30,786 bases of DNA, taken from contig JASFEA010000018.1 in assembly GCA_050125095.1 (NCBI GenBank), forward strand, positions 1 through 30,786. Direction: 5' to 3'. This DNA comes from a bacterium. Its GTDB lineage: Bacteria > Arandabacterota > Arandabacteria > Arandabacterales > JALGWA01. Made by a program: the position numbers and the translations under genes. Below the pieces are notes generated by a model. That model did not search any database and had not been told where the DNA came from. It saw only the letters and a program-made list of their open reading frames with translations. Below are positions 1 through 8,899 of the stretch, piece after piece; the stretch's first letter is position 1, and each line of letters starts with the position of its first letter.

Positions 1-312
1 GGCCGGTACAGCCAAATACGCGGTCCAGGCGGGCAGCGCCGGCCGGCCTGGGTCTTTGATACGGCCGGCGGCCTCGAGCGCCACGGTATCGTATCCCATG
101 TGATGCCCGAAACGGATGTCATCCAATCGGACCTGAGCCCGGTATGTGACTTCATATCGGGATGCCGCTCCGCCGACCGCAATGGCTGCTTCTTCTTCGG
201 CGGCCATGGCGCATGGGCTCCCGGCCAGGATTATCAGGACCAGGGCCAGGAGTCCGATGTGACGGGGGGCATTCACGGACAGCCCACGGTTTGCGCTTCT
301 CCGGCTCAGCAT
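1..312 (-). CDS. Secreted protein with C25 (gingipain-type) peptidase propeptide-like N-terminus; 3' end beyond window
   Basis: Not in the ORF track; translated by hand from ATG at 312 (GAGAGG SD upstream): MLSRRSANRGLSVNAPRHIGLLALVLIILAGSPCAMA... (signal peptide), then GYDTVALEAAGRIKDPGRPALPAWTAYLAVPA, which matches the PGxPxLP...lavP pattern of C25 propeptides. Open to the window edge. Confidence 0.7.
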   Translation of the reverse strand, partial: MLSRRSANRGLSVNAPRHIGLLALVLIILAGSPCAMAAEEEAAIAVGGAASRYEVTYRAQVRLDDIRFGHHMGYDTVALEAAGRIKDPGRPALPAWTAYLAVPA

Positions 313-449
313 AATCGCACCTCTCATCTCGTACAGGGGTCTTACAAGGGTAGGGTTCACCCCAGCCACTACCATTCTACCATCTTCTGGGCCTCCTGCC
401 AATGGGCCATCTGCGGGCCGCACCCGGCGCCTCAGGCGGCGAAAGCCGC

Positions 450-478
450 TTGACGGCACGGCATTTGATGGTCACAAT
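450..478 (+). promoter_or_regulatory. Possible sigma-70 promoter for the 560 gene
   Basis: TTGACG-N17-CACAAT; the -10 element is imperfect. Confidence 0.3.
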
Positions 479-559
479 GGTATTGTAGTGCGGGGAATCA
501 CGGATCCACGTGCCTTCGGAAATGCCAACCTTGAGTTAACAGCATAACAGGAGGGGACT

Positions 560-2134
560 ATGTCTATGCGTATTACAATCGGTATCGGCATGCTCGCCTT
601 TGCCGTCGTCTGTTGCTCGGCCGGCCCCGCCCCCGGAGGCGATGCCGCGGCTTCGGCCCTTTGGGGGGATCTCGAACCGGGCCGCCACGCCGTCGGTTTT
701 ATGGCTTTTGAAAAGTACGACTACTCCCGGTCCTTTGAGGCAAAGAAGGATTATTACGGGAGTCCGTTGCCCGGAGAGAGGGGCAGGCCGGTTCAGGTAT
801 GCGTCTGGTATCCGGCGATCGCTGATGACGCCGATCCCCGCATGGTTCATGCCGAGTACGCTTTCATATATCCGGGAGACAGCAGGTTCTTCGGATTTCT
901 CGGGAACCTGCAGGACAGGGAGGTCGGCGTCCTTCATTACATCTTCAATAATGATCGCGGGGCGGTCATCGATCTTCAAAGCGAGGAGCTGGCGGCGGTG
1001 AGGGACGCGCCCGCCGCGCCCGGGAGGTTCCCCCTGATACTATACTCGCCGCACTTTAATATAAGCGCCGACGAGAATGTAATTCTCTGCGAGTACCTGG
1101 CGAGCCATGGATTCGTCGTCGCAGGAACCCATGCGTACGGCCCCGCGGGCTTGAGGTCGGGAGAGACCCCTATGGACGTCGAGGTGCTGGTCGACGATCT
1201 CGGGTTTGTCCTTGCCGCCATGCATGAGTTCGACTTCATCGACCACGACCGGCTCGGGGTCCTTGGGAGCGGGGGCGGGGGCGTCGCCGCACTGCTCTTC
1301 CAGATGGGCAACCTTTATGTCGACGCCGTGGCCGGGTTGAACGCCAGGTTCCTTTACTCGGAATACAGGGATCTCGCGGAGGCGAGCGCCCGGTATGACA
1401 TTAGGCGCGCCTCCGTGCCGATGATGCACATATGCGGCGGCGGCCGGGAGGGCTTCGACCCCTCACTCGTGGACTCGCTGGAGTATGCCGACAGGTACGC
1501 GCTTATTTTCAGCGAGATGAGCACGCTGGTGTTCTCTTCCTACCGCATGTTCCTTTCCACGGTTTTCGCCCCGAATGAGGCGGACAGCAAAGCCTACGAG
1601 GCCACATGTTCTTACCTGCTGAACTTCTTTGAAGCCTATCTGAACGGCAGCGAGGGCGGCAGGACCTTCCTCGGGGCGCGGCCGGAAGCCAACGGGCTGG
1701 ACTTCGCAGAGGTCGTGTATAGCCACGTGCCCGGGCGCGAACTTCCCCCCACTCCTGAGCAATTCATGGCAATCTTCCAGGAGCGTGGAGTCGACGAGGC
1801 TGTGGCTATATTCGAGAAGTTCAGGGCCGAGAACCCCGGGTTAGTGCTGTTCGAGGAGGCCAACTGCAATTACGCCGGCTACAGTCTGCTGCAGCAGGGG
1901 CAGGCCGAAGCGGCTGTGGCCGTGTTCAGGATGAACACGGAAGCCTATCCCAACTCGGCCAATACCTGGGACAGCCTTGCCGAGGCCTATCTGGCGACAG
2001 GCGATGAAGATGGGGCCGCCGAATGCTACAGAATGGTGCTTGAGGTTCTGCCGGACGACCCGGCCGCGACGGATGAGCTAAGAGGGGTATTGCGCTCGAA
2101 CGCCGAGCAGTTCCTTGAGAGACCGGAAGAGTAG
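560..2134 (+). CDS. Exported alpha/beta-hydrolase-fold (dienelactone hydrolase/PAF-AH-like) protein with C-terminal TPR; catalytic residues appear degenerate
   Basis: AGGAGGGG SD; signal peptide; GRHAVG, RPVQVCVWYPA, GRFPLILYSP and EYLASHGFVVA family motifs; TPR-like GYSLLQQGQAEAAVAVFRMNTEAYPNSANTWDSLAEAY. Confidence 0.8.
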   Translation: MSMRITIGIGMLAFAVVCCSAGPAPGGDAAASALWGDLEPGRHAVGFMAFEKYDYSRSFEAKKDYYGSPLPGERGRPVQVCVWYPAIADDADPRMVHAEYAFIYPGDSRFFGFLGNLQDREVGVLHYIFNNDRGAVIDLQSEELAAVRDAPAAPGRFPLILYSPHFNISADENVILCEYLASHGFVVAGTHAYGPAGLRSGETPMDVEVLVDDLGFVLAAMHEFDFIDHDRLGVLGSGGGGVAALLFQMGNLYVDAVAGLNARFLYSEYRDLAEASARYDIRRASVPMMHICGGGREGFDPSLVDSLEYADRYALIFSEMSTLVFSSYRMFLSTVFAPNEADSKAYEATCSYLLNFFEAYLNGSEGGRTFLGARPEANGLDFAEVVYSHVPGRELPPTPEQFMAIFQERGVDEAVAIFEKFRAENPGLVLFEEANCNYAGYSLLQQGQAEAAVAVFRMNTEAYPNSANTWDSLAEAYLATGDEDGAAECYRMVLEVLPDDPAATDELRGVLRSNAEQFLERPEE

Positions 2135-2180
2135 AAATGCAACTAAATAGAGGGTATGGGCGCCCCGAACGGAGGTCATA

Positions 2181-3404
2181 ATGGACGAGAAGAAAAACAA
2201 ACTGACGCGACGGGGTTTTATCTCGCGTTCGCTTGCCGGCATAGCTGCGGCCGGGGTGGCGGGCGTCGCGCCTTCATTGGCGTCGGCCGAAGAGAAGGCC
2301 GCGAAGGAAGCCGGGAAATCGGAAGCGATTTACCGCGAGCTCGGCAAGACCGGGCTCAGGATGCCGATAGTGAATATGGGTGTTATGAATTCCAACAACC
2401 CCGAGCTCATCGGCGCTTCGTATGATCTCGGCGTGCGCATGTTCGATACCGCCGCCCGCTACCAGTTCGGCCGGAACGAGCAGATGGTGGGGACCGCGAT
2501 CAGCGAACTCGGCATACGCGACAAGGTCATGATCGCGACAAAGGAATGGCGGCCGGCCCAGCGCGAGGGCATGACTGCGGCCGAGGCCAAAGAGAAATTC
2601 ATCAAGCTCACCGAAGGGAGCCTTAAGCGACTGAAGACGGACTACGTGGATATAGTCTACATACACAGCGTCCATAGCCTTGAGGAGCTCGATGAGGAAG
2701 GGGCCTTCTCGGCCATGGACCAGCTCAAGAAAGACGGCAAGGTCCGCGCGACGGGGGTCTCGACCCATGAATCCATGGCTGACGTCATCAACAAGGTCGT
2801 GGATGACAAGTTATGCGACGTCGTGCTCACAGCCATAAACGTGTCCATGGCAAATGACACGGCGCTTCTGGATGCCATAGACAGGGCCGCCGCTGCGGGC
2901 ATTGGGATCGTGGCAATGAAAACCCAGGCGGGAGGGCGCAGGCTTCCCAATCAGGCTTCGCTATCTCAATACGACAATGCCACGGTGAACCAGGCCATGC
3001 TCAAGTGGGTGCTGAGGAATGAGAGCATCACCACGGCCATACCCGGATATACGAGCCTGGAGCACATGGCGGAAGACGTCGCCGTGATGGGGAACATAGA
3101 GTACACAGAGGACGAGAAGAGATTTCTCGCCGATAACGAACTGCAGCTGGGCCTGGGCTTCTGCAGGCAGTGCAGGTTGTGCATGGCTACCTGCCCCAAT
3201 AGAGTCGATGTGCCGGCGCTCATGAGGACGCATATGTACCTTGCTCAGTACGGTAATCTATGCGAAGCCCGCGCTGCGCTTGATGAAGCGCCTCCGGGCT
3301 GCGGTATCGAGGCCTGCCGGTCCTGCTCCGCCTGCACTGCGAGGTGCGGCAACGCGGTGGATATCGGTTATAGGATTGAGGAACTCAAGGCATTACTGGT
3401 CTGA
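2181..3404 (+). CDS. Tat-exported aldo/keto reductase with C-terminal 4Fe-4S dicluster-type Cys motifs
   Basis: GGAGG SD; TRRGFI Tat motif; YRELGKTG, FDTAARY, ATK and SLKRLKTDYVDIVYIH; CRQCRLCMATCP and CRSCSACTARC. Confidence 0.9.
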   Translation: MDEKKNKLTRRGFISRSLAGIAAAGVAGVAPSLASAEEKAAKEAGKSEAIYRELGKTGLRMPIVNMGVMNSNNPELIGASYDLGVRMFDTAARYQFGRNEQMVGTAISELGIRDKVMIATKEWRPAQREGMTAAEAKEKFIKLTEGSLKRLKTDYVDIVYIHSVHSLEELDEEGAFSAMDQLKKDGKVRATGVSTHESMADVINKVVDDKLCDVVLTAINVSMANDTALLDAIDRAAAAGIGIVAMKTQAGGRRLPNQASLSQYDNATVNQAMLKWVLRNESITTAIPGYTSLEHMAEDVAVMGNIEYTEDEKRFLADNELQLGLGFCRQCRLCMATCPNRVDVPALMRTHMYLAQYGNLCEARAALDEAPPGCGIEACRSCSACTARCGNAVDIGYRIEELKALLV

Positions 3405-3439
3405 GGTGACAGGTTAGCCCGGCTCTCCTGAATCGCCGG

Positions 3440-4351
3440 TCAGCTGCCTGCCGCCAGGCTCTTGAGCCACTGCCGGAGGGCCTGCTCATACTCCGGCCTG
3501 TATCCTACGATGCCGGCCAGGCGGCCGTCGATGATACCGGCGATGATGCTGCCGTAGTATTTCTCTTCTAGAATCGCGGCCATGCCCTCGTCATAGGCGA
3601 GATCAGATGGGACGCGGATGACGACATCGCGCGGAGCAGCGATATCCAACCAAGTTGCGAACTTCGCCCAGCTATGGTCGTCCAACAGAAAATACGTCGC
3701 GCCGCCGCCGTCCAGGACGTATTCCACGGTATAGACATTCTTGAGGAAGCCTCGCCCCAGGAAAGCCTCGGCGATTATCTTCTCGGAGTTGGGGACTCGC
3801 CCGGCGTCCGGGAATAGCCGGAATGTCGCCGGTTTGGTGGTGGAGCCGGTGAGATTCTTGTTCACCGCGGCCGCAAGGGCCTCGATATCGGAGGGCGAGA
3901 ATGCCGTTTCGTCATAAGTTTGAACATTGACCATGAAAGGGCCTCGGGTGAAGATAAGTACGGGGCCGAAGGTGAAACCCTCTGCGCCCAGGTCCACGGC
4001 GTCGGGGTCTTCCGGACGCAGTGTGGAATACATACCGAAGGCGAGATCGTCGGAGGCGAAGCGGTAGATGTCGGCCGTGATTGTGGCGCCGTCTTTCCCG
4101 TACTTGCCCACATGTACTTCTAGGAAGTCGTATTTGTGATACATCTCCGCGGCGCCGTCTATGTAATTGAACAGAGAGTCACCGGCGAATCTCATTATCC
4201 CCCCGTCCCGGACCAGTCCGAGTTCGGGGATCTCCGCGGGCAGGCACCTCTCGATTGCGACGGCGTCGGACGGGACCCGCGGGCCGCCGCAGCCTAATAC
4301 AGACAGCGGCCCTACGACGCAGACTGTCATGAGCAGGCGTCTCATTCGCAT
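3440..4351 (-). CDS. Lipoprotein, DUF6599-like
   Basis: Start moved to ATG at 4351 (GGAGGAG SD); lipobox SVLGC; LFNYIDGAAEMY..YDF and DIYRF...AFGMYS motifs recalled from DUF6599. Confidence 0.7.
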   Translation of the reverse strand: MRMRRLLMTVCVVGPLSVLGCGGPRVPSDAVAIERCLPAEIPELGLVRDGGIMRFAGDSLFNYIDGAAEMYHKYDFLEVHVGKYGKDGATITADIYRFASDDLAFGMYSTLRPEDPDAVDLGAEGFTFGPVLIFTRGPFMVNVQTYDETAFSPSDIEALAAAVNKNLTGSTTKPATFRLFPDAGRVPNSEKIIAEAFLGRGFLKNVYTVEYVLDGGGATYFLLDDHSWAKFATWLDIAAPRDVVIRVPSDLAYDEGMAAILEEKYYGSIIAGIIDGRLAGIVGYRPEYEQALRQWLKSLAAGS

Positions 4352-4415
4352 ATCGCTCCTCCATTCAAACTTGAATAACCGGGTATTCCGAATCGTAGCA
4401 GATACGGGTGCGCAA

Positions 4416-4444
4416 TTGACAGGAATCTTCAGCGTGGATATAAT
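4416..4444 (+). promoter_or_regulatory. Consensus sigma-70 promoter
   Basis: TTGACA (4416-4421)-N17-TATAAT (4439-4444), upstream of an AAGGAGG SD and ATG 4466. Confidence 0.85.
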
Positions 4445-4465
4445 CGCGCGGGAAAGGAGGTACAC

Positions 4466-5350
4466 ATGAAGGCAACTCGGTCTTTATATGTTGGCGCGGG
4501 ACTCCTGCTCGTCGCTGCTGCTATCTGCGCGCTCTCGGGGTGTGCGGGTAAGAAGAATGTCTGGGGAGACGTCGAGAGCGGCCTCATCCTTGAATATCGG
4601 ATGAAGCAGGGGGACGTTCTCAAGTACGAGACCGTCCATGAAGGCGTTGAGAAAGTGGAAGTCATGGGCCAGACCAACGAAAGCGCTACCAGCAAGTCCT
4701 ACACATTCACGGTCGAGTCCAAGGGCATGAAGGGCGGGAACCTCCTTCTCGGGATAACCATCGACTCGATGGAAGCCGGCCTGAAGTCGGCCCAGGGGGA
4801 GTTTGAGGCTGATACGGAGGACGTGCTCGGCAAGAGTTTCGACATGGTTCTCACACCGCTGGGTGATGAGGTGGATTTGTCGACTGCCGAGGAGATCAAG
4901 TACAGCGCAGGGCCCATGGGCGACCGCAGCATCAAGAACGACTTCGAGTCGATCTTCTCGAACCTTGCAGGCCGGCCGGTCAAAGTCGGAGACTCGTGGG
5001 AGAGCCCGGACAGCCTGTATCTCGATCAGGGCAATACCCAGCTCACGATCAAGACGGTCAGCGTTCATACGCTGGACGGCTATGAGACGATGATGGGCCT
5101 GGAGTGCGCGAGAATCGTCTCGAAGTTCACCGGGACCGTGACGGGTACGGGCGAACAGATGGGGGCGCCCCTGGTAATCGACGGGACCACCGAAGGATCC
5201 GAAACCTGGTACTTCGCCTATAAGGAAGGCTATCTCGTGAACGCGAGTGCGGACGTAGATTCAGACCTCTCTGTTACCGTCCAGATGGGTCAGGAGATGA
5301 AGATTCCCGTGACGAGTTCGGGGACCCTGGAAACCACCTTAATCAAATAA
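4466..5350 (+). CDS. Lipoprotein of unknown function (beta-rich, DUF6263-like)
   Basis: AAGGAGG SD; lipobox LSGC; LEYRMKQGDVLKY and PVKVGDSW motifs. Confidence 0.75.
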   Translation: MKATRSLYVGAGLLLVAAAICALSGCAGKKNVWGDVESGLILEYRMKQGDVLKYETVHEGVEKVEVMGQTNESATSKSYTFTVESKGMKGGNLLLGITIDSMEAGLKSAQGEFEADTEDVLGKSFDMVLTPLGDEVDLSTAEEIKYSAGPMGDRSIKNDFESIFSNLAGRPVKVGDSWESPDSLYLDQGNTQLTIKTVSVHTLDGYETMMGLECARIVSKFTGTVTGTGEQMGAPLVIDGTTEGSETWYFAYKEGYLVNASADVDSDLSVTVQMGQEMKIPVTSSGTLETTLIK

Positions 5351-5356
5351 CCTCAT

Positions 5357-5401
5357 GGGGTCAGGTCTTGAAATGCACAGTGCATTTCAAGACCTGACCC
5401 C
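5357..5401. repeat. Perfect 22-bp inverted repeat (REP-like; possible bidirectional terminator)
   Basis: GGGGTCAGGTCTTGAAATGCAC-A-GTGCATTTCAAGACCTGACCCC between convergent genes; a partial extra copy CTGACCCC follows at about 5407-5414. Confidence 0.85.
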
Positions 5402-5455
5402 TGTTTCTGACCCCTGCTATTTGAGACGGGGGCTGCCCCCGACGCGCCCGCGGCA

Positions 5456-6676
5456 CTACTCATACCTTAGGGCGTCAATCGGGTTCAATGCAGCTGCCTT
5501 CCTCGCAGGGTAGAAACCGAAGAAGATTCCAACAGCCCCCGATACCGAAAAAGCAAGAAGCACTATCACGGGATTTACCACGACGGTAAGGCCGGTGAAA
5601 CTGCCCAGACCAAGCGAAATCCCCAGCGCGAGCAGAATTCCAAGCACCCCGCCTATGACGCTGAGCACCACCGACTCCGCCAGGAACTGGGTGAGAATAT
5701 CGCCCGGCCGCGCGCCTATGGAGAGCCGGATGCCTATCTCCCGGGTCCTCTCTGTGACCGAGACGAGCATTATGTTCATTATTCCTATGCCGCCGACCAT
5801 CAGAGACACCGCCGCAATCGATCCCAGGAGCACGGTCAGAACGCGCGTGGTCTCGGTGGCGGCCTCGGTGAGATCCGCCTGGCTTCTGATATTGAAGTCG
5901 TTGTCCTCGCCGAATTCGATGCCGTGCGCTTTGCGCAGTATTGTCTCGATCTCGGCCTCGGCCGCTTCCATCTGCTCCGTCGATACCGCGCTGATATTGA
6001 TCATGTCTATGTAGCGCCCGCCCTTGAGGCGGTTCAAGACGGTTGTCGCGGGAGCGAGTACGACGTCGTCCTCATCCATGCCCATGGGACTCTGTCCCCT
6101 CTCTTCCATCACGCCGACTATCTTGAATGGCGTGTTGCGCACCTGGATTCTCTCTCCCACGGGGTCCTCGCCGGGGAAGAGCTCGTCGGCGATGGCCTTG
6201 CCTATGACGGCCACCTTGGCGTTGGAGACGATATCCCGCTCCGTAAAGAACTCTCCGCTCTCTATCTCCCAGGCTCGGATTGCCGGGTATTCAGTCGAAA
6301 CGCCGCTTATTTGCGTGTTCCAGTTGTTTCCTCCGCCGATCGCCTGACCGCCCGCCCTCACGAGCGGGGACACTCCCGCGAAGAGGGTGCCCTCGTCGCG
6401 CAGCACCTCGGCGTCCTCCAGCGTGAGCTGGTTGAAGCTGCCTGAACCCTGGCTCACCCCGCCCATGCGCATGGACGCCGGAAAGACCACGAGAATGTTG
6501 GTTCCCAGGCTGGCGATCTGCCTTTCTATCTTCACCTGGGATCCCTCGCCGATTGCCACCATGACGATAACCGCGCAGACGCCGATTATTATGCCCAGTG
6601 ACGTGAGGAGGCTGCGCATCCTGTTTCTCACTATGCTCCTCAGGGCGACTTTGAGGAGATTCCTTATCTGAAACAT
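5456..6676 (-). CDS. MacB/FtsX-family ABC transporter permease
   Basis: Start at ATG 6676 (MFQIRNLL); RSLLTSLGIIIGV, VGGIGIMNIMLVSVTERTREIGIR and GFYPARKAAALNPIDALRYE. Confidence 0.92.
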   Translation of the reverse strand: MFQIRNLLKVALRSIVRNRMRSLLTSLGIIIGVCAVIVMVAIGEGSQVKIERQIASLGTNILVVFPASMRMGGVSQGSGSFNQLTLEDAEVLRDEGTLFAGVSPLVRAGGQAIGGGNNWNTQISGVSTEYPAIRAWEIESGEFFTERDIVSNAKVAVIGKAIADELFPGEDPVGERIQVRNTPFKIVGVMEERGQSPMGMDEDDVVLAPATTVLNRLKGGRYIDMINISAVSTEQMEAAEAEIETILRKAHGIEFGEDNDFNIRSQADLTEAATETTRVLTVLLGSIAAVSLMVGGIGIMNIMLVSVTERTREIGIRLSIGARPGDILTQFLAESVVLSVIGGVLGILLALGISLGLGSFTGLTVVVNPVIVLLAFSVSGAVGIFFGFYPARKAAALNPIDALRYE

Positions 6677-6683
6677 AGCGCGC

Positions 6684-7460
6684 CTACCCCTTTTCCCCGT
6701 TGAGGACGGCCACTTCGTCCTCGGGATTGTCATCCCTGAAATCGGCCAGGTCCCGGCTGGCGCTCCGCCGGTTGGTGACAGGAAAATCGCGCGTTATTCT
6801 GCCGTCTCTCATCTGTATAACGCGCCTGGCGTACGATGCGATGTCGGCCTCATGGGTTACGAGCACCACTGTAATGCCCTGGTTGTTGAGGTCCTGGAAC
6901 ACCGACATCACGTCGATGGAGGTGCGGGTGTCGAGGTTGCCCGTGGGTTCGTCGGCAAGAATGAGGCTGGGCTCGTTCACAAGCGCCCGGGCAATCGCCA
7001 CGCGCTGCTGCTGTCCGCCTGAAAGCTGGCTTGGAACATGGTCGAGCCTGTCCCCCAGCCCCACCCTCTCCAGGGCGCGCACAGCCGCCCCGTCCGGGTC
7101 CTCGATGCGGCGCGTGCGGTCGTAGATAAGCGGCAGCTCCACATTCTCAAGCGCGGACGTGCGGGGGAGGAGATTAAAGACCTGGAACACAAAACCGATC
7201 TTCTGGTTGCGGATATCGGCGTAGTCGTTGCGGGTCAGGTCCTTGATATTCGTGCCGTCGAGCATGTAGGTCCCCGATGTCGCCTGGTCCAGGCAGCCCA
7301 GGATATTCATGAGCGTGGATTTGCCGGAACCCGAGGCTCCCATTATGGCCAGGAACTCGCCGCTGTCGACGCTGAGGTCGATACCCCGCAGGGCGTGCAC
7401 CTTCAGGTCGCCCATGCTGTAAGTCTTAGTCACTCCGGTGGTCTCGATTACGCGTCCCAT
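6684..7460 (-). CDS. MacB/LolD-type ABC transporter ATP-binding protein
   Basis: Walker A GASGSGKST, signature LSGGQQQRV, Walker B LILADEPTGNLD, H-loop VTH. Confidence 0.95.
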   Translation of the reverse strand: MGRVIETTGVTKTYSMGDLKVHALRGIDLSVDSGEFLAIMGASGSGKSTLMNILGCLDQATSGTYMLDGTNIKDLTRNDYADIRNQKIGFVFQVFNLLPRTSALENVELPLIYDRTRRIEDPDGAAVRALERVGLGDRLDHVPSQLSGGQQQRVAIARALVNEPSLILADEPTGNLDTRTSIDVMSVFQDLNNQGITVVLVTHEADIASYARRVIQMRDGRITRDFPVTNRRSASRDLADFRDDNPEDEVAVLNGEKG

Positions 7461-7475
7461 GATTGCTCCCCGGCC

Positions 7476-8759
7476 CTAGAATATCCTGAACCCCGGCGGG
7501 CGCCGTCCCTGTTCGGATTGCCCGCCACCGGCCGCCGCCTGTCCCGCCGCGGTGAGGCTCTTGATTATCGCGGTCCCCTCCCTGAGGTTCTGCGAACTGA
7601 CTATCTCGGTGTATTTGCCGTCCGTGGCCCCGACCTTCACGCGTTCGGGCCTGATCTCACCGTCTTCGAGATACCAGACCGCCTTGAAGCCGGACTGTCC
7701 GGCGCCGGAAGACGCGAGGGGCATATCGCCGCGGTTGACCATCTGCCCTTGCGAACGCGCAGTGCTGTGCTCTCCTGCTTCCCCAACAGGCCCCGGCGAT
7801 GCCCCTCTTCGTTCCTCCATCCGCTTTCGTATGGCGGCCAACATGTCCTCAGTCGGTACGATTTTGAGGGCCGCGTTCGGCACCAGAAGCACGTCATTCC
7901 TCTGTTCCACTATGAAGTCCACCGTTGCCGTCATGCCCGGAAGGAGCTTCCCGGCTTCATTCGCGGCGTCCACCACGACGGTGTAGTTGACCACATTTTG
8001 TACTGCCTCGGGCTGGAGCCTGATCTGGCGCACGACGCCCTCGAAGACGTCGTCCGGGTGCGCCTGAACAGTGAACCGCACGCTCATGCCCGTCTCGACC
8101 TGTCCTATATCTCCCTCGTCGACCAGGGCGTGTATCTCCATCTCCGCGAGATCCGCAGCGATAATGAAGAGTGTCGGAGTGGAGAAGCTCGCGGCCACGG
8201 TCTGTCCGGGCTCAACCGTCCTCTGGATGACCGTGCCGTCTATGGGTGATCTGATCACGGCATAGCCCAGATTGGCCTGGGCCCTTGCGAGCATGGCTTT
8301 GGCGGATTTGACCTGGGCCTCTCGCGTCCTCACGGCGTACTCGTACGGGAGAAACTCGCTTTCCGAGATGAACCCCTTCTCTGCGAGAGGCAGGTTCTGC
8401 TTGTATTCGGCCACGGCCTGGTCGTACTGGGCTTCGGCGCTCAGGAGGCTGGCGCGGGCGTCCATAAGGGATGCCTTGAGCATGGTTGTGTCGAGTACGG
8501 CCAGTATGGTGCCCGCACGGACCTCGTCGTTGAAGTCGACGTTGACTTCGGCTACGGTCCCGGAGACCTGCGTGCCGATGTCCACGGTGCCAACGGCGCT
8601 CAGCGTCCCGGTACACGTGACGACGTTCTCGATGTCACCCCTCGAGACCTCTGCGTATTCGTACATCTGTTGGTCGTCGGCCCCGCTTACGGCCCTCAAG
8701 AAGAAGGCGCCGAGGCCGACCGCGACTGCGGCAACTGCGATTATGCTGAATCTCTTCAC
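7476..8759 (-). CDS. macA: MacA-type periplasmic adaptor (membrane fusion protein)
   Basis: N-terminal anchor; VDIGTQVSG, IRSPIDG, GQTVAASFSTPTLF and LLPGMTA; first gene of an MFP-ATPase-permease operon. Confidence 0.88.
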   Translation of the reverse strand: MKRFSIIAVAAVAVGLGAFFLRAVSGADDQQMYEYAEVSRGDIENVVTCTGTLSAVGTVDIGTQVSGTVAEVNVDFNDEVRAGTILAVLDTTMLKASLMDARASLLSAEAQYDQAVAEYKQNLPLAEKGFISESEFLPYEYAVRTREAQVKSAKAMLARAQANLGYAVIRSPIDGTVIQRTVEPGQTVAASFSTPTLFIIAADLAEMEIHALVDEGDIGQVETGMSVRFTVQAHPDDVFEGVVRQIRLQPEAVQNVVNYTVVVDAANEAGKLLPGMTATVDFIVEQRNDVLLVPNAALKIVPTEDMLAAIRKRMEERRGASPGPVGEAGEHSTARSQGQMVNRGDMPLASSGAGQSGFKAVWYLEDGEIRPERVKVGATDGKYTEIVSSQNLREGTAIIKSLTAAGQAAAGGGQSEQGRRPPGFRIF

Positions 8760-8798
8760 GTCTCTACCCTCAGTCTTTTCGTTTATTCCTTCTGCTGT

Positions 8799-8827
8799 TT
8801 AGACAACGGTCCCCGGGCGCGTATTCC
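8799..8827 (-). promoter_or_regulatory. Candidate ECF sigma factor promoter for the MacAB-type operon
   Basis: Minus strand GGAATA-N17-GTCTAA, about 40 nt upstream of the GTG start. Confidence 0.45.
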
Positions 8828-8899
8828 CGTATTCTTGGGACGATTGACTGCGGCCGCCGGCCGCAATACAATCCAGGTGAAAGCGGGAGGGGCCTTATT

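Noticed and set aside
100-453. 117-aa + strand ORF
   Set aside because: Shadow of the minus-strand C25-propeptide gene; no SD and no recognisable motifs.
454-468. Sigma-54-like CGGCACGGCATTTGA
   Set aside because: The -12 element is GA rather than GC, and it overlaps a sigma-70-like candidate.
7038-8249. 403-aa + strand ORF, and the many other antisense or alternate-frame ORFs in the track
   Set aside because: Antisense to well-supported genes; long shadow ORFs are expected at high GC.
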